DNA from: Torpedo marmorata
Taxonomy: Eukaryota
DNA: 64,000 bases
Direction of reading: 5' to 3'
Assembly: GCA_977017645.1 (NCBI GenBank)
Contig: OZ360230.1
Location: 38,378,001 to 38,442,000, forward strand
In this document: one piece after another, positions 61,611 through 64,000 of the stretch
How positions within the stretch are numbered: the first letter of the stretch is position 1
How the letters are laid out: each line of letters opens with the position of its first letter
Position numbers and translations under genes: made by a program
Notes under the pieces: generated by a model
The model's database searches: none
What the model was told of the DNA's origin: nothing
What the model saw: the letters and a program-made list of their open reading frames with translations, nothing else

Positions 61611-61776
61611 AAATACAGGAAAAACTCAACAGGTCACACAACATACAGAGGAAGTAAAAGATAATCGACGTTTCGGGCCTGAGCCCTTCTTCAGGAGAAT
61701 GTCTCAGGCCCGAAACGTTGACTGGCTTTTACTTCCTATGGATGCCGCATGATCTGCTGAGTTTCTCCAGCAGTTT
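61611..61776. mobile_element. Fold-back element made of two inverted Penelope pLTR ends
   Basis: Arms 61611-61683 and 61703-61776 are imperfect reverse complements. Both carry GGCCCGAAACGT and match the pLTR ends at 3300-3410 and 44980-45080. Confidence 0.8.
61667..61694 (-). ncRNA. Minimal type I hammerhead ribozyme motif with canonical core
   Basis: CTGAAGA-A-GGGC-TCAG-GCCC-GAAA-CG-TC. Confidence 0.75.
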
Positions 61777-64000
61777 TTTTAAATAGTTACCATAAGGCTT
61801 GCTTCAAGTTATAACACATTCAGTTCACATCTGGGATGTGTAAATCCCACTGCATCATTAATTGTAACTAACCAGAAACTCTGTAAACTCCAAGGGCCGC
61901 ATTGAGGTCCCTTTGGAAATCTGACCAAACGCCTTCACTCGTGTGTAATAGGGAATATCAGGCATTTATTAATGGGCTGTGCATGCAATGCCAGATACCA
62001 GCAGATGGCAGTTGTAACCAGTTTCCAAAGATCTACATAATTGAAACCAGGACTGATTCTCAACATGATTGCAAACCATATAAAGGTAAACCCCATTATC
62101 TCAAAGACATCGGATAATGAAATCAGATTTTAATATCAATGCAAGGGTCAATAACTTAATCCAAAAAAGAAGGATTTCTGGCTTGAAATCATCAGGAAGG
62201 TCTTGCCAGTAATGGTGAGGACATTTTCATTACATGAAAGAGAACTTCATATTTATGAGTGTCTATCCTGACTTCTTGTGTACATTATGATTGGGCCATA
62301 TCAAAGGCTTAACTCATGTATTGCTCAGCATCTAAAAAGTGTTGGGATTCAGTGACTATTTGCAGTTTTATACCTGCTCCATTTAAGTAGTGAGAAGGTC
62401 CTTCAAAAACAGATTGATTGAGTTCACAATCCTACCTGGTAAGTATCAGGACAAGTGTTTGGGTGTAACTTGCACTCATAAGCACAAAGAACACTCAACT
62501 TAGTGACTCTAGAGTCAAACAGAGTTCATTATCTCTCCTTGTTTAATGTTTAACCAATACCAACCTTTTTGTAAAGTGTTATCTGGAATACTATTTCTGC
62601 ATAGGTCAGTATCTTTGTCTTCTTTTGACATAAGATATCTTTTACTCACAAATACTGTTGAATAGCTGTTTGACAAGCCCTCCTGGAGTGACGGAGCAAA
62701 CAAATCAAAAGCATTCTTTGCAACTTTTATATCAGGCTTTTAAAAGACTGCAATCTCCTTCCTCAACACGCTGAAGGTCAAAAACAAATGAAAATGACAG
62801 GATAAACAAATCAGTTTTGTAAGAAAGCCATGATACTTGTAGAGAAAAAACATACAACTAGCCAGAGAGCTCAAGAAACAGATGCAAAACAATCAACTAA
62901 TTTGTTGCACAAAGCAAACAGATTCTTTTGACTGCTAATTCTAACTTCAGAGTGAATCATGTACACCATAACAGATTTATATACCAAGGGCCAATTTGTC
63001 AGCTACATTTCAGAATAGCCACTGCCAATTTTAGAACATTACATGTCTAAAAGAAAGCACTTTTTTTTTGCTTTGCTAACCTAGCAGCCATGTTCTTGCT
63101 GACACCAGTCAATGTTCTTTACTGATTGATTGGGATATAAAAACGTTGATTAGAATCACCAATCGATCGCCAGGACCATCTTAATACTCCAGGATTAAAT
63201 TGGTGTCTGATGAGCTAGGTTTGTGTTTTATTTACAAAATATAAATTTAAGCTCGAGTTTTCTTTGACAACTTTCTTGTTAAATTACCACTAAAGTATCT
63301 TGCAAATTTCCTTTTTAAGTGTAGCATTTGTATGCAGAGCATAGCAGAATACCTAATTAATTTAGTTTGCCATCAATATAAATATTGCTTTTGCTCTCAA
63401 CCCATCGAGAAACCACATTAAAATAATAATAAATGCAGCTGAAATGCTTAAGTGTGGGGATAAAGCTGGGAAAAGCAATACCACGCCAGACCTGTGAAAT
63501 CATCTATCAGTCCTCTGGCCTGACCTCTGTGGCAGTAAAGCAACCCACTAACATCAGGCATCCAATACACTGTCCCCCTAATCCAAAGCCATTAGATTTC
63601 ACCAGACCATGGTGCCAGATGGTTTTGGAGTTATTGAACGTCTGTGGTATCACTCTGAAGGAGGTCATATGGGGGACACTAACATATGAATAAGAACATT
63701 TTATTGGGAGAAATAGACAGATCTTCAGATTGATGTGGTTGTTCTCAAGAGAAATAGATTCCCTCCTTGGGTGTTCTTAACAGGTTAGCAGTTAGCATAA
63801 GAAAATGGAAGAACATTTTCCTTTTAAATGCCTGACTGTTATAATACCTGAATGTTAGTAATTTCATATTCTTCTTTTATTTCTGATCCTTGTTCATTCA
63901 GTAAACTTGACTTGCATACTATGAGTGACTGAATTTTTATTTGGTTTGGCTCACAGTTTACAAAAAACCTGGTACGATTTGCTGTACATACATCAAAGTA

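Overview
Eukaryotic, repeat-dense vertebrate DNA, most likely from a cartilaginous fish (inferred from the HE1/V-SINE-like tRNA SINEs together with the CR1, Rex1/Babar, Penelope and L1 content). I found no intact, recognisable host protein-coding gene and no CRISPR or other prokaryotic feature. Nearly every long ORF comes from a transposon. Main components are: (1) a full-length but disrupted DD35D pogo/Tc2 transposon carrying a nested 5'-truncated L1; (2) several Rex1/Babar LINE copies, one interrupted by an inverted (twin-primed-like) L1 and one by a 5S-rRNA-derived SINE; (3) Penelope-like elements with minimal hammerhead-ribozyme motifs; (4) a Gypsy element lacking RT and most of RNase H, with a nested solo LTR; (5) a 400-bp non-autonomous RTE-like element with a structured 5' RNA; (6) several MITEs and a 57-bp minisatellite. 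The most unusual signal not explained by these repeats is at 30073-30791, where an exactly spliced copy of two upstream exon-like segments sits in tandem with their intron-containing originals. Family assignments rest on motifs recognised by eye; no database searches were run.
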